NCBI RefSeq assembly: GCF_001194135.2
Contig: NC_068986.1
Location: 40,744,225-40,778,105 of the forward strand
Source of the DNA: Octopus bimaculoides
Taxonomy: Eukaryota
Direction: 5' to 3'
Length of the DNA: 33,881 bases
The notes beneath the pieces are model-generated. The model was not told the DNA's origin. It worked only from the letters and a program-made list of their open reading frames with translations, and searched no databases. Every line of letters starts with the position of its first letter. The stretch's first letter is position 1. Made by a program: the position numbers and the translations under genes. Below are positions 1 to 10,701 of this stretch, piece after piece.

Positions 1-82
1 ATTAGATGTATACCTGACTTTCCTATATAAAATTTATGAAATATAACTGAACAATGAACTCCAGACTATCAACTATGCTCAT

Positions 83-166
83 GGTCGGCCGACCGTAAAA
101 GAGAAAGATTAAAGTGGGGACGCTTGCTTGTTTAATTCCACGCATGCGTGAGACTACGCATGCGCA
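83..166. promoter_or_regulatory. CpG-rich patch with two NRF1/Ewg-like palindromes
   Basis: cacgcatgcgtg (139-150), tacgcatgcgca (155-166) and ggtcggccgacc (83-94). Confidence 0.3.
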
Positions 167-176
167 CGGCGTTACT

Positions 177-305
177 ACACAGCTAAGGGAACTGGATGAA
201 CATGAAATAAAGTGTTTTACCTGAAGAACACAATGCACAGCCAGTCTGAGAAACAAAGAAATGACCACACGATTGTGAGTGCAACACCTTAAGCACTAAG
301 GCACA
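177..305 (-). mobile_element. Degenerate tRNA-derived SINE head, family D
   Basis: Resembles the reverse complement of the 7060-7150 copy; tRNA-like head remnant. Confidence 0.45.
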
Positions 306-487
306 CACACACACACACACACACGAGTGTGTGAGTGAGAGCAAGAATTTAAAATAAACATTGAGAAAATGTGAAACATTTTAATTTTGTTTTTAACACT
401 GGATCTTGAAGCACACATAAAGTTATAAATAATATGTAAATATTAGGTAAGAAAGTTTCTATAATGGATATAGAAATTTGAAGGATT

Positions 488-552
488 GCTTCGGTCTAAT
501 AGAATATCTACCATGTTTACAGGAGATGCAAGTTCAAGTCCCATGGGTAGCC
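488..552 (+). pseudogene. Degenerate tRNA-like sequence (Asp/Glu-like), or isolated SINE head
   Basis: A-box-like tcggtctaatag and B-box-like gttcaagtccc at tRNA spacing; stems do not pair well. Confidence 0.25.
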
Positions 553-592
553 GTTGACTTTTTCTATCCAAAAAGAGGTTTCCAACCTAATA

Positions 593-782
593 CTCTTACT
601 TGTTTCAGTCTTTTGACTGTGGCCATGCTGGAGCATCGCCTTTAGTTGAGCAAATCAACCCCAGGACTTATTCTTTGGAAGCCTAGTACTTATTCTAACA
701 GTCTTTTGCTGAACTGCTAAGTTATGGGGATGTAAACACACCAGCATCGGTTGTCAAGCGATGTTGGACACACACACACACA
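593..782 (-). mobile_element. SINE family A, 3' half running into the gap
   Basis: Matches the reverse complement of 15050-15235. Confidence 0.85.
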
Positions 783-997
783 NNNNNNNNNNNNNNNNNN
801 NNNNNNNNNNNNNNNNNNNNNNNNNNNNNNNNNNNNNNNNNNNNNNNNNNNNNNNNNNNNNNNNNNNNNNNNNNNNNNNNNNNNNNNNNNNNNNNNNNNN
901 NNNNNNNNNNNNNNNNNNNNNNNNNNNNNNNNNNNNNNNNNNNNNNNNNNNNNNNNNNNNNNNNNNNNNNNNNNNNNNNNNNNNNNNNNNNNNNNNN
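783..997. other. Assembly gap (N-run)
   Basis: Ns following a (CA)n tract. Confidence 1.
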
Positions 998-1132
998 TTC
1001 TATCTTAATGAATAAAAATTCTTCTGATAGAATAAATGGGTTAATAGAAACCAATGTAGCAAAGAACACAAAATAACTGGTTTAGTTCCTGTTTTTTAGG
1101 CAGGAACTCCTTGAAATTTTGGGTATTTGAAT

Positions 1133-1285
1133 ACATATACGATGGGCTTCTTTCAGTTTCTGTCTACCAAATCCACTCACAAGGCTTTGGTCAGCCCGAG
1201 GCTATAGTAGAAGACACTTGCCCAAGATGCCATGCAGTCGGACTGAACCCGGAACCATGTGATTGGCAAGCAAGTTACTTACCAC
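1133..1285 (-). mobile_element. SINE family A, 5' half
   Basis: Reverse complement of the head at 14840-14995. Confidence 0.85.
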
Positions 1286-1324
1286 AGTACTATGCGTGCT
1301 TGTTCAAAAATAAAAAAAAGTATG

Positions 1325-1695
1325 ACATGGCTATGTGGTAAGGGTAAGCAGCTTGCTTCCCAACTACATGGTTCTGGGTTCAGTCCCACTGTGTGGCACC
1401 TTGGGCAAGTGTCTTCTACTATAGCTTCAGGCCAACCAAAGCCTTGTGAGTGGATGTGGTAGAAGGAAACTGAAAGAAGCCTGTCATATATGCATATAGC
1501 TGTGAGGGTGTCCCTCAACACTGCATGACAACTGGAGTTGGTGCATTTACGTCCCTGTAACTTATCAGTTTAGAAAAATAGACATAGAATAAGTACCAAG
1601 CACAAAAAAAAAAATGTCTGGGGTTGATTTGTTTGACTAAAACCCTTCAAGTTGGTACCCCAGCATGGCCACAGTCAAATAACTGAAACAAGATT
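1325..1695 (+). mobile_element. SINE family A, near full length
   Basis: tRNA-like head (gggttcagtccc), core ccttgggcaagtgtcttctactatagc, tail aactgaaacaag. Confidence 0.85.
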
Positions 1696-1893
1696 AAAAA
1701 ATCTATAAAATAAAGCTTCTGCACAATTTCCACCCACATGTTAAGAGCCAGCCTGAATTTATCACAGAAAAATATACACTTAAGGTTCTGTGCAGTGGGA
1801 GTGGACCCAGAGCCTTAAAGTTGTGACAAACTCCTGAACCATACAGCTATACATATATTTTGAAGAAATCAGTCATATGTGACATTTAATTTT

Positions 1894-2120
1894 GTACATT
1901 ATTTACATCTGATGAATATTTGTCCTCATCTTGTTTGATGTTAACATGTTTTGGCTGATATACCCTCCAGCCTTCATCAGGTGTCTTGGGGAAATTTCGA
2001 ACCTGGGTTCTCATTCCTAAGGTATTTTTCAATATTATTATTAATATTATTCAGGTCACTGCTTGGAATCGAACTCGGAATCTTGGGGTTAGTAGCCCGC
2101 GCTCTTAACCACTACACCAT
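1894..2120 (-). mobile_element. SINE family F: tRNA(Ser)-like head with Penelope-like 3' tail
   Basis: Minus strand ATGGTGTAGTGGTTAAGAGCGCGGGCTACTAACCCCAAGATTCCGAGTTCGATTCC (A and B boxes intact), ending ctgatgaaggctggagggtatatcagccaaaac. Confidence 0.7.
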
Positions 2121-2394
2121 GTATTTAATTTTGTATTTACATGTAAATGAATTTAACTTGCTGCACAAATAGATTCAGTGAAATGAAATATTTTTAGCCA
2201 TGCTATGGGTAGAATGATGCAACAGCAATTTTAGAAGCCTTAGTCTTTCATTTCATTCAGTCATTTGATTGCAGCTATTCTGAGGTTTTATCACAATCAT
2301 CGTTTATGATTGCAGCTATTCTTAATGGGTATAGTCAATAAAATTGATTTATCTTAAAGTCTGGTGTTAATTCTGTCAAACTCTTGACAAACAG

Positions 2395-2625
2395 CTACAT
2401 TATAGGGATGTAAACGAAGTAGCACTGGTTGTCAAGCAGTGGTAGTGGGGTACAAACACAAAGGCATGCACACACACACACACACATATATATGAAATGG
2501 CTGCCACACAGTTTCCATCTATAAAATTGACTCACAAGGCACTGGTCAACCTGGAGCTGCGATAGAAAACACTTGGCCAAGGTGCCATGCAATGGAACTA
2601 ATTACAAACCTACATGGTTGTGAAG
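2395..2625 (-). mobile_element. SINE family A, degenerate, with internal (CA)n
   Basis: Similar to the other family A copies. Confidence 0.75.
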
Positions 2626-2634
2626 CATTAATAT

Positions 2635-2810
2635 TGATTTCAAATTTTGGCACAATGCCAGTAATTTTGGGGGAGGTAGTAACTTGATTGCATCAATCCT
2701 AGGGCTCAACTGGTAATAATTTTATCAACCCTGGAAGGATGAAGGGCCAAATCTGAACTTAGGACAAAGTCGGAAGAAATATCATTAAGCATGTTTGGTG
2801 CAGCAATGAT
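2635..2810 (-). mobile_element. SINE family B, degenerate
   Basis: Similar to 13479-13693. Confidence 0.7.
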
Positions 2811-3065
2811 TCTGCCCGCTTTCTAGCTTCCTGCTTTCTAGATCGGCTTCCAGCAAGTTGAAATTCCAGTGAGGTTTCAATTCTGAGTTGGTGCAAACTC
2901 TCCATTTACATATACTTGGGGAAAGATATTAAAATGAAGTTCATGGTCTGACTATTACAAAATCCCTTTGATGAAACACGAGAGGATACAAAATTCCTGA
3001 TGTTCTCATTAAACTAATTATGTAATAACTACAAAAAATTTCCAACAGACAAAAGCAATAAAGTC

Positions 3066-3071
3066 TTTATT
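3066..3071 (-). terminator. Probable polyadenylation signal AATAAA of the SDR gene
   Basis: First AATAAA about 160 nt after the stop codon, followed on the minus strand by a U/GU-rich tract (gtctgttggaaattttttgtagtt). Confidence 0.6.
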
Positions 3072-3230
3072 GACTTGAAAACACTTTAAATTACAAGCAA
3101 ATATGATATATTTTCAAAAATGCACATACAAAAGCATTTAAGTTATTGTAGGAAAATATAAATCCCAAAGTTGAAAAATATCAATTATTTAACACAATTT
3201 ATCTTTTTCCTTATCATTATTTTGAGTATC

Positions 3231-3380
3231 TTAAGATGGTGTAACATCGACCTTGCTGCCAACAGATATATCTACTCCCCCAGAAACATTAATATCAATG
3301 CCAGTGCAAAATTTAGCATCAGCTGCTAGATAAAGACATGTTGTACCAATATCGGAAGGAGTTCCCATATGACCCATAAC
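3231..3380 (-). CDS. HSD17B14: HSD17B14-like last coding exon (150 nt including TAA): VMGHMGTPSDIGTTCLYLAADAKFCTGIDINVSGGVDISVGSKVDVTPS*
   Basis: Acceptor ttctttctttcgcag. FCTGI..VxGG C-terminus as in HSD17B14 (FCTGIELLVTGGAELGYG). Confidence 0.95.
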   Translation of the reverse strand, partial: VMGHMGTPSDIGTTCLYLAADAKFCTGIDINVSGGVDISVGSKVDVTPS

Positions 3381-4508
3381 CTGCGAAAGAAAGAACATAA
3401 GCATTCAATTAATGAAAGTTGTTCTAAATTAGATATAGCCATTAGTTGCTTAATAAGTGGATAATTAAACAACATTTCAACTGGAAAGAAGCAGGAAGGA
3501 CAACACAGAATTGAGAACAGTGGTGAAAAGTCATGTGAGTGGCCGTCAGTGAGCCACTATCAACAAACAGTTACTGACAAACAATTATTGACTATTGGGA
3601 GTGAAGGACTTAAGACTTGTGTAAATTCAGCAAGATTTGGCTGCTATTTCTAGCAATAGAACAACCACATAGTAGCTACCTCACAAATTAACACAGGCTC
3701 TATGTTTCTGTACTGGTTGATATTTGCTTAAATTGTTTTTTAGAGGAAGATGTTTAGTTTTCAATGCCAGTCAGTGAACAGTAACCTTGGTTTTGAACCT
3801 AATGATGAGCTAAACAAAGACTATGGCTAAATTTGAACTTATCTTCTCATAAATACTGTTACATGGCATTTGTTTTAAGAAAATGAAACGATCTATTATG
3901 GCTTACAGATAAGATTAAACAATGTACTGTAAGCATTCTCCCTATATCATTTCCCTAACATTCAACCTCCATCACTCCTCTATCTAGGGCACCACTTGGC
4001 AGCTTAATCACTTGAAGGCAGTATTAGCACATATTACTTCTACCTCTTTCTTTGCAATACTAGTCTAAGGTTATGAATTAAAACAGAATTATATCAAAAT
4101 GGACATTGCCACTCCAAGAATTGTAGAACTTAAAAAAAAAAAACTAGTAAACTAAATGCCTTGAACAAAAAATATTAAACATAATCGAAAACAAATACAA
4201 CAGAATACTCTAGGGAATAACCAACCAATAACAGTGAATGTATAGATTAATTAAAGAACATAAGCCAAAAGACATTGCTATTCCACAATCTGTAATATAT
4301 TTCAAATACAAATACATAAAACAAACATCTCTTTAACAATCAGGCTTTGATCAGCTTAAACAATGTGACATAGGAATAAACCAGTACAGATCAACATTTA
4401 GTATATATAAACCTTAATTATAGAAAATGTATTTAAATGACTAATTCACCTAAAAACAATAAATGAAATTGCCTAAAACACAGAGATACTGACTTTTTTG
4501 TACTCCAT

Positions 4509-4510
<2 letters not shown>

Positions 4511-4547
<37 letters not shown>

Positions 4548-4897
4548 NNNNNNNNNNNNNNNNNNNNNNNNNNNNNNNNNNNNNNNNNNNNNNNNNNNNN
4601 NNNNNNNNNNNNNNNNNNNNNNNNNNNNNNNNNNNNNNNNNNNNNNNNNNNNNNNNNNNNNNNNNNNNNNNNNNNNNNNNNNNNNNNNNNNNNNNNNNNN
4701 NNNNNNNNNNNNNNNNNNNNNNNNNNNNNNNNNNNNNNNNNNNNNNNNNNNNNNNNNNNNNNNNNNNNNNNNNNNNNNNNNNNNNNNNNNNNNNNNNNNN
4801 NNNNNNNNNNNNNNNNNNNNNNNNNNNNNNNNNNNNNNNNNNNNNNNNNNNNNNNNNNNNNNNNNNNNNNNNNNNNNNNNNNNNNNNNNNNNNNNNN
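4511..4897. repeat. (AG)n microsatellite running into assembly gap 4548-4897
   Basis: Seen directly. Confidence 0.95.
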
Positions 4898-5061
4898 TCT
4901 CATTTAAAGTAAAATTCAGATTAAACCTCAAGTAAAGAAAGAGAGAAGTGGGTTGAAGTTGGAAAAATAAACTGCACACGAATAGATATCAACTTGCTCA
5001 GGATGCATCTATTGTAAGCAGTAGATGCAACCTATGCACACACACACACACACACACACAC

Positions 5062-5097
<36 letters not shown>

Positions 5098-5099
<2 letters not shown>

Positions 5100-5335
5100 T
5101 GTCATTTAACATCTGCCTTCTATGCTGGCATAGGTTAGAGGGTTTAATAAGAGCTAGTCCGTTTTGGCATGGTTTTTACAGCTGGATGCCCTTCCTAACA
5201 CCAACTCCCAGCAGAGTGGACAGAGTGGTTTTTATGAGACACAAGCACAGGTAAGGTAAGCTTTGGCATGGTTTCTCTGGCTGGATGCCCTTCCAAATGC
5301 CAACCACTTTACAGTGTGGACTGGATGCTTTTTGC
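5098..5335 (-). mobile_element. RTE-type 3'-end element (family E) with internal duplication of the ctggatgcccttcc core
   Basis: The core tttggcatggttt..ctggatgcccttcc.aa..ccaac occurs twice. Confidence 0.7.
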
Positions 5336-6449
5336 TATCAATTTGTTGAGAGAATTATTGACCTTATCTTCAGTGAGTTTAGCAAGACCCACATACCTTC
5401 AAAGACAGCCCCCAAACTTTTAATGAACTGAAATTACATTGCTTATGAAAAAAAGCAATCAGCATTAATTTCAACTCTTGTCAAAAGGGACAAGGGAAGA
5501 AACTCCGAAGTTTAAATTTAATGCATAGAGATAGCTTCACGAATCAATCCTGCTTTAATTTCTAGTTTTCAGTCAAATCAGTATTGAATTTAAGATTATC
5601 GTTATGTGTGTGTGTGTTTATACTGACAATATTAAGTAGATGTGAGACAAAACATTAAGATATATGTGTGTATGGAAGATGGAAAGACTACAATATAACT
5701 AAACACTTGTGTGCATGTCTGATAATAACATGTATAGAATTGTATATGTATATAAGTGTTATACATTTGATCATGTCTGATAACGTATTATCACATGTTT
5801 TGCATATAATGTTTGCATATGCATTTTACAAGATAAAAATTTGATTCCTTATGCATGTGATTATAACAATGGATCATGTCTCATAATATCTTTATATATA
5901 TATATATATATATATATTTATGGGAGCATATTTTAAGAAAAAATATGTCACAAACAGGTGCACCATTAAGGATATTGTTGTGTGTGCAATATATCTAATA
6001 TTAGAAGATATCTGATATAGTAACTTTTTTTTTGCACTAATCATCAATACATTTAGTTGAAATTACATTTATTAAATATCTGTGTTCCTTAAGAAATCAA
6101 ATTTCAATGGCTTTTAGATTTCTTTAGCAACATGACATTTGAAAATGACATTCTTGTCAGATCATTTGGGATATGGAAGGGAAAATGGATGGTCTGAACT
6201 TTAAGAATACCCTTTAAAATATCTAACAGATAGCATATTAACCTTAACCTCCTATAGAGAAATAATAGTGGAATAGCAATTTCCTTTTGACAACTAAATT
6301 TTCTTAAACTTTAAAATATCAAAGTATTGACTCCCACCTATGAAATTCTAATAAATAGGGAAATAAAATAACATGAGTGTGCTTTATAGCATGTTGCACG
6401 ATAAAGAAAAAGTAAAAAATAAGAGCATAATAAAATCTTCAAAGAAGAG

Positions 6450-6600
6450 GTGGAATGTGACTATATGGTAAGAAGTTTGCTTCCCAACCACATAGTTTTT
6501 GGGTTCAGTCCCACTGCTTCACACCTTGGACAAGTGTCTTCTGTTATGGCCCTGACCGACCAAAACCTTGTGAGTGGATTTGGTAGATGGAAACTAAATC
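6450..6600 (+). mobile_element. SINE family A, 5' half
   Basis: Homologous to 14840-14990. Confidence 0.8.
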
Positions 6601-6601
6601 A

Positions 6602-6990
6602 TATCATCACTATTGTCCATTTTCCATGCTAGTATGGGTTGGATGGTTTGACTGAGGTCTGGAAAGCCAGCAGCTGCACCAGGCTCCAATCTAATTTGGC
6701 AATGTTTCTACAGCTGGATGCCCTTCCTAATGCCAACCACTCAGAGTGTAGTAGGTGCTTTTTACATGCCACCAGCACAGGAGCCAGTCAAGTGGCCCTG
6801 TCATCGATCATGTTCAGATAATGTATTTTATGTGCCAATAGCATGGGACCCAGTCAGGGGGCACTGGCATCAGTCACGTTTGGATGATGCTTTTTACATG
6901 CCACCAGCACAGGAGCCAGTCAAGGGGTACTGGCTTTTTACATGTCACTGGCATGGGAGCCAGTCAGGCAGACCTGGGATTGACCATGTT
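6602..6990 (-). mobile_element. Family E (RTE 3'-end-derived) with repeated ttttacatgccaccagcacaggagccagtca units
   Basis: Homologous to 21203-21560. Confidence 0.8.
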
Positions 6991-7059
6991 CAGATATATA
7001 TATATATATATATATATATATTACACACACACACACGCACATACATACATGCATGCATG

Positions 7060-7330
7060 GCCTCATGAATGCAAGGTAGTGGTTTCAATTCCTGGACTGT
7101 GTGGTGAGTTGTACTTGAGCAAAGCACTTCATCTCATGTTGCTCTGCAACCACTTTGACACCTAATGTGTGGTGCACCAGGCATCTGTTCAGGCAATGAT
7201 GATTTGATGGAGAGAGTAAGCTAATGTACATTACAAACATTTGATCACTATAAACAAATCGTGCGTGTTGTTCAGCAAGAAATTGCAGAGCTGTCTTTCT
7301 CAGACCATGAGAGACTAGCATCATCATAAT
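7060..7330 (+). mobile_element. SINE family D, degenerate
   Basis: B-box-like ggtttcaattcc followed by ttgagcaaagcacttc. Confidence 0.5.
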
Positions 7331-7668
7331 ATATCTGTACGTGTGTGTGTGTGTGTGTGTGTGTGTAAGTAATTAAGTATTGGGTATGTTCCTAGTAGTT
7401 AACTCATAAAGCACATTCATTGCTTATGGCTACCTGACATCATACACAGTATTTACACAATTGTCACTGGATCTATCTCAGGAATTCTTCAGTATTTGTT
7501 GAGTAAATAACAAATCATAAAAATGGAAAATGAAATATATGAGAAACTTTATTGCTCACAATGAGCATTTTGATCCATCCTACAGTGATTCTTGTAGGTG
7601 GGATGCTGTACAACTGGTTGTGGTGCATCACTTGGTTCAGAAGTGACTTGTTGGATGATGTTATAAGG

Positions 7669-7844
7669 CAGTGTTTCTCAACCGGGGTCCATATAAGATT
7701 TTGTCATTAAAATTTATATGCAATAAATTGCTTATACTTCTACAATACGCAAAATATCTTAATTTTTCAATATATGATTTTTTTTTAAATCATCAAAATA
7801 GGGGTCAAAAGGGTTCATAGGCAAAAACTGGTTGAGAAACATTA
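7669..7844. mobile_element. hAT-type MITE (176 bp)
   Basis: TIRs cagtgtttctcaacc / ggttgagaaacatta. 8-bp TSD ttataagg (7661-7668) / ctataagg (7845-7852). Confidence 0.85.
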
Positions 7845-7976
7845 CTATAAGGGGTATCTTGTTAGAGAAACCCCGTTTTGCCTGGTTTTAATCCAGCAGG
7901 TTGTTTAGTGACTGTAAATTTAAGACAGTGAGTAGGAATGGCCAGGGACAGATTCCGTTGCAATGTTGCAGACTTT

Positions 7977-9020
7977 TATTCTTTTACTTGTTTCAGTCAT
8001 TTGACTGTGGCCATGCTAGAGCACCACCTTTAGTTGAGCAAATCGACCTCAGGATTTACTCTTTGTGAGCCTAGTACTTATTCTATTGATCTCTTTTGGG
8101 ATCTTGTTCAAAACGGGGGCACCAGTTTTCATTTGTTTTATGTAGTGTTTTTGGTACCGAAAGACTTTCAAACTTCGTATACTTATCTATTTTGAGTTAT
8201 AGAACAGAAAAAAATTTTGTATTCGAATTTTTTTCATGTAAAAAATTGTCTTATTTTGATAATTTCAACCAATCACTGACAAGTATTCAGTTATTTACAC
8301 TTACTCCTTTGGCACTTTAGGCGGTGTAAAGCGTATTTAATCTCCATTACTTCTGACATTTTGCAGAGGCAACACACGTGTGTTCGTTTTCCCTAACCCT
8401 AAACGACTTGCTCCTTCCCTCAAAAAACCATGCCTTGTGCCTATAATAGAAAGGTTTATTAGCTACTGCCAATATGCTTCAGCCGTTTTTTGACAAGGAA
8501 ATAATAATTTTATCACTGCGAGAATCGTTTGTTTACGTAGTCAGCACTTACTGTTATTCGGCTGAATGGACGTCAGTCATTGGTTGAAATTACAGAAACA
8601 CGACAACTTTAACATGAAATAACTTGCGATGTACGTTTTTTTGTTAAGACTAAGAGAAAAAGATGTTTTATATGACACATTCTACCAGTGTCCCAAGTTT
8701 CAAAGTGTTTCGATAAGAAAATACTGGTGCCCCCGTTTTGAACAAGATCCCTCTTTTGCCAGACCACTAAGTTATGGGGACATAAACATACCAGCATTGG
8801 TTGTCAAGCGATGTTTGGGGGACAAACAGACACACACACACATACATATACACACACACACACACACTGGACTTCTTTCAGTTTCCGTCTACCAAATTCA
8901 CTCACAAGGCTTTGGTCAGCCTGAGGCTATAGTAGAAGACACTTGCCCAAGGTACCATGCAGTGGGACTGAACACGGAACCATGTGATTGGTAAGCAAGC
9001 TACTTTCCACACAGCCACAC
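7977..9020 (-). mobile_element. SINE family A, full length, split by the 8099-8750 insertion
   Basis: The two halves rejoin to the family consensus once the insert and one TSD copy are removed. Confidence 0.9.
8099..8750. mobile_element. Non-autonomous TIR DNA transposon (652 bp), Merlin- or MULE-like
   Basis: Perfect 28-bp TIRs GGATCTTGTTCAAAACGGGGGCACCAGT. TSD ctcttttg at 8091-8098 and 8751-8758. No transposase ORF. Superfamily uncertain. Confidence 0.9.
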
Positions 9021-9249
9021 TTGCACCTATGTTTACATTTCTGTAGACAAGTAGTCTGCAATGTCAAATAGAGATACAAGCATACACACATGATGAGCTT
9101 CTTTCAGTTTCTGTTTGCCAAACCCATTCACAAGGCTTTGGTTGGACTAGTGCTATAGTAGAAGACACCTGTCCTATGTGCCATGCAGTGGCACTAAACA
9201 TAAGTGGTTAATCTCACAACCCAAAATAAATGTGAAATATATTTCTCAC

Positions 9250-9346
9250 CTGTTGAGTTAATGCAGTTTGGAAAAATTTTTCTCCATCTTCCATCTTGTT
9301 CGTTACTTCCCACCACAAAGGTGTCAATATGTTTCCAGGAGAAATT
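9250..9346 (-). CDS. HSD17B14: HSD17B14-like exon 8 (97 nt): ISPGNILTPLWWEVTNKMEDGEKFFQTALTQQ
   Basis: Poly-T acceptor ending tag, donor gtgaga. Matches human ISPGNIWTPLW. Confidence 0.95.
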
Positions 9347-9980
9347 CTAAAAAAAAAAAAAATATATTAAAAATGTATTTTTCCAAGATTACAAGCCTCA
9401 GATGTTTATCATACAACAACCAACATTACCGTTGCAAAATGTACAAGAAAGAAACAATGGGGGCCTGAGGGTCATGTGGCCCCCATCAAGAAGTGCACCC
9501 TCCTAAATAATGTTATGCCCTTTTCTCTTGGGATTGTTTTCCCTTCTGACCTTCTGCCCTCCCTTCGAAAAATTCCTGGGACCAGCCCTGGAACTATTGA
9601 TTGTGTGTGTATGTGTGTGTGTGTGTGTTTGTTTGCTAGTGTCTGTTTTTCCTTTAGTTTTTGTTTACTTATACTCATCAACAAATGAGCTAATGAGGTA
9701 CTCTGTGTGGTTGTTCAATCTGCTAGAAATAACAACCAAATCTCCCTCATACTATGCTCTTTTTAATATTAAGGAAAGGGAAAATGCGTACTCCTCTCCA
9801 TCATTACGATTAGAATCAATATTCTTGATTTTTTTCGACTATGAATTTAATTGTTTTTTTCTAAATGCTTCTGTCCATTACTTGATACAGGAAATTGGAA
9901 AATCCAAAATAAAACAGAAATTCTAACTTAAAAAATATAATGCAGAAAAGGGTTTCATATTTAGAAAAAATTTTACTCAC

Positions 9981-10048
9981 GTATTCACTCGAACACCATG
10001 TTTAGCTTCACTGATAGCCATGCTCTTAGACATGCTTGAAACAGCACC
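9981..10048 (-). CDS. HSD17B14: HSD17B14-like exon 7 (68 nt): GAVSSMSKSMAISEAKHGVRVN(T)
   Basis: Acceptor cag, donor gtgagt. GVRVN SDR motif. Confidence 0.95.
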
Positions 10049-10378
10049 CTGCCATCAAACCATAAATAATAGCCATGTTAAAGAATGATAATGGCTTTAC
10101 ATTTCACAAAACAAATCCTATGAAAATCTAGGACAATGGTTTCTAAACATTGTACTGCAATGCACAGGTGCTCTGTAAAGAGTATCTACATGCACCTCAG
10201 AATTTAAAAAAATTATTCAAATCTTTAGAAAGACACATATTAATGATTGAACATCCTTAAAACAGAGTTATTCATTAATATAATTAATAAAACAAGGTAG
10301 GCAAAATTTACGGAAAAATAAAGAAAATTATTAACAGTGCTGTTCCTACATTTTCTGCTTTGTTGTATTGTGGGAGTT

Positions 10379-10701
10379 CATTATGCCAATAATAAACACA
10401 TGCACTGGTTGATTTCACTTTTATAATTATTATTAGTCAATTAGTTGACCATTTAACCAATTAAATGATTTATTGCTTGATTAATCTTTCAGTCAATCGA
10501 TCAATCAATCACTCACTCAATCAGCTAGGTCTGAAACCTGGGTAGATGTGACCATCAATTGTGATAAAAGGACTGACAAAACTAACTAATTGATTGACCA
10601 AATAATTAATCAAATGATAAATTAGGCAACTGATTAAATGATTAATCAATTAATAAATAATAAAAGAGGTGAAATAGAATCGGTGCATTATTGGCATAAT
10701 G
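10379..10701. repeat. AT-rich inverted repeat / MITE-like foldback
   Basis: Perfect 15-bp cattatgccaataat / attattggcataatg at the ends; ~120-bp imperfect arms. Confidence 0.7.

Noticed and set aside
8391-8402. (CCCTAA)2 telomere-like motif inside the TIR element
   Set aside because: Only two units; expected by chance.
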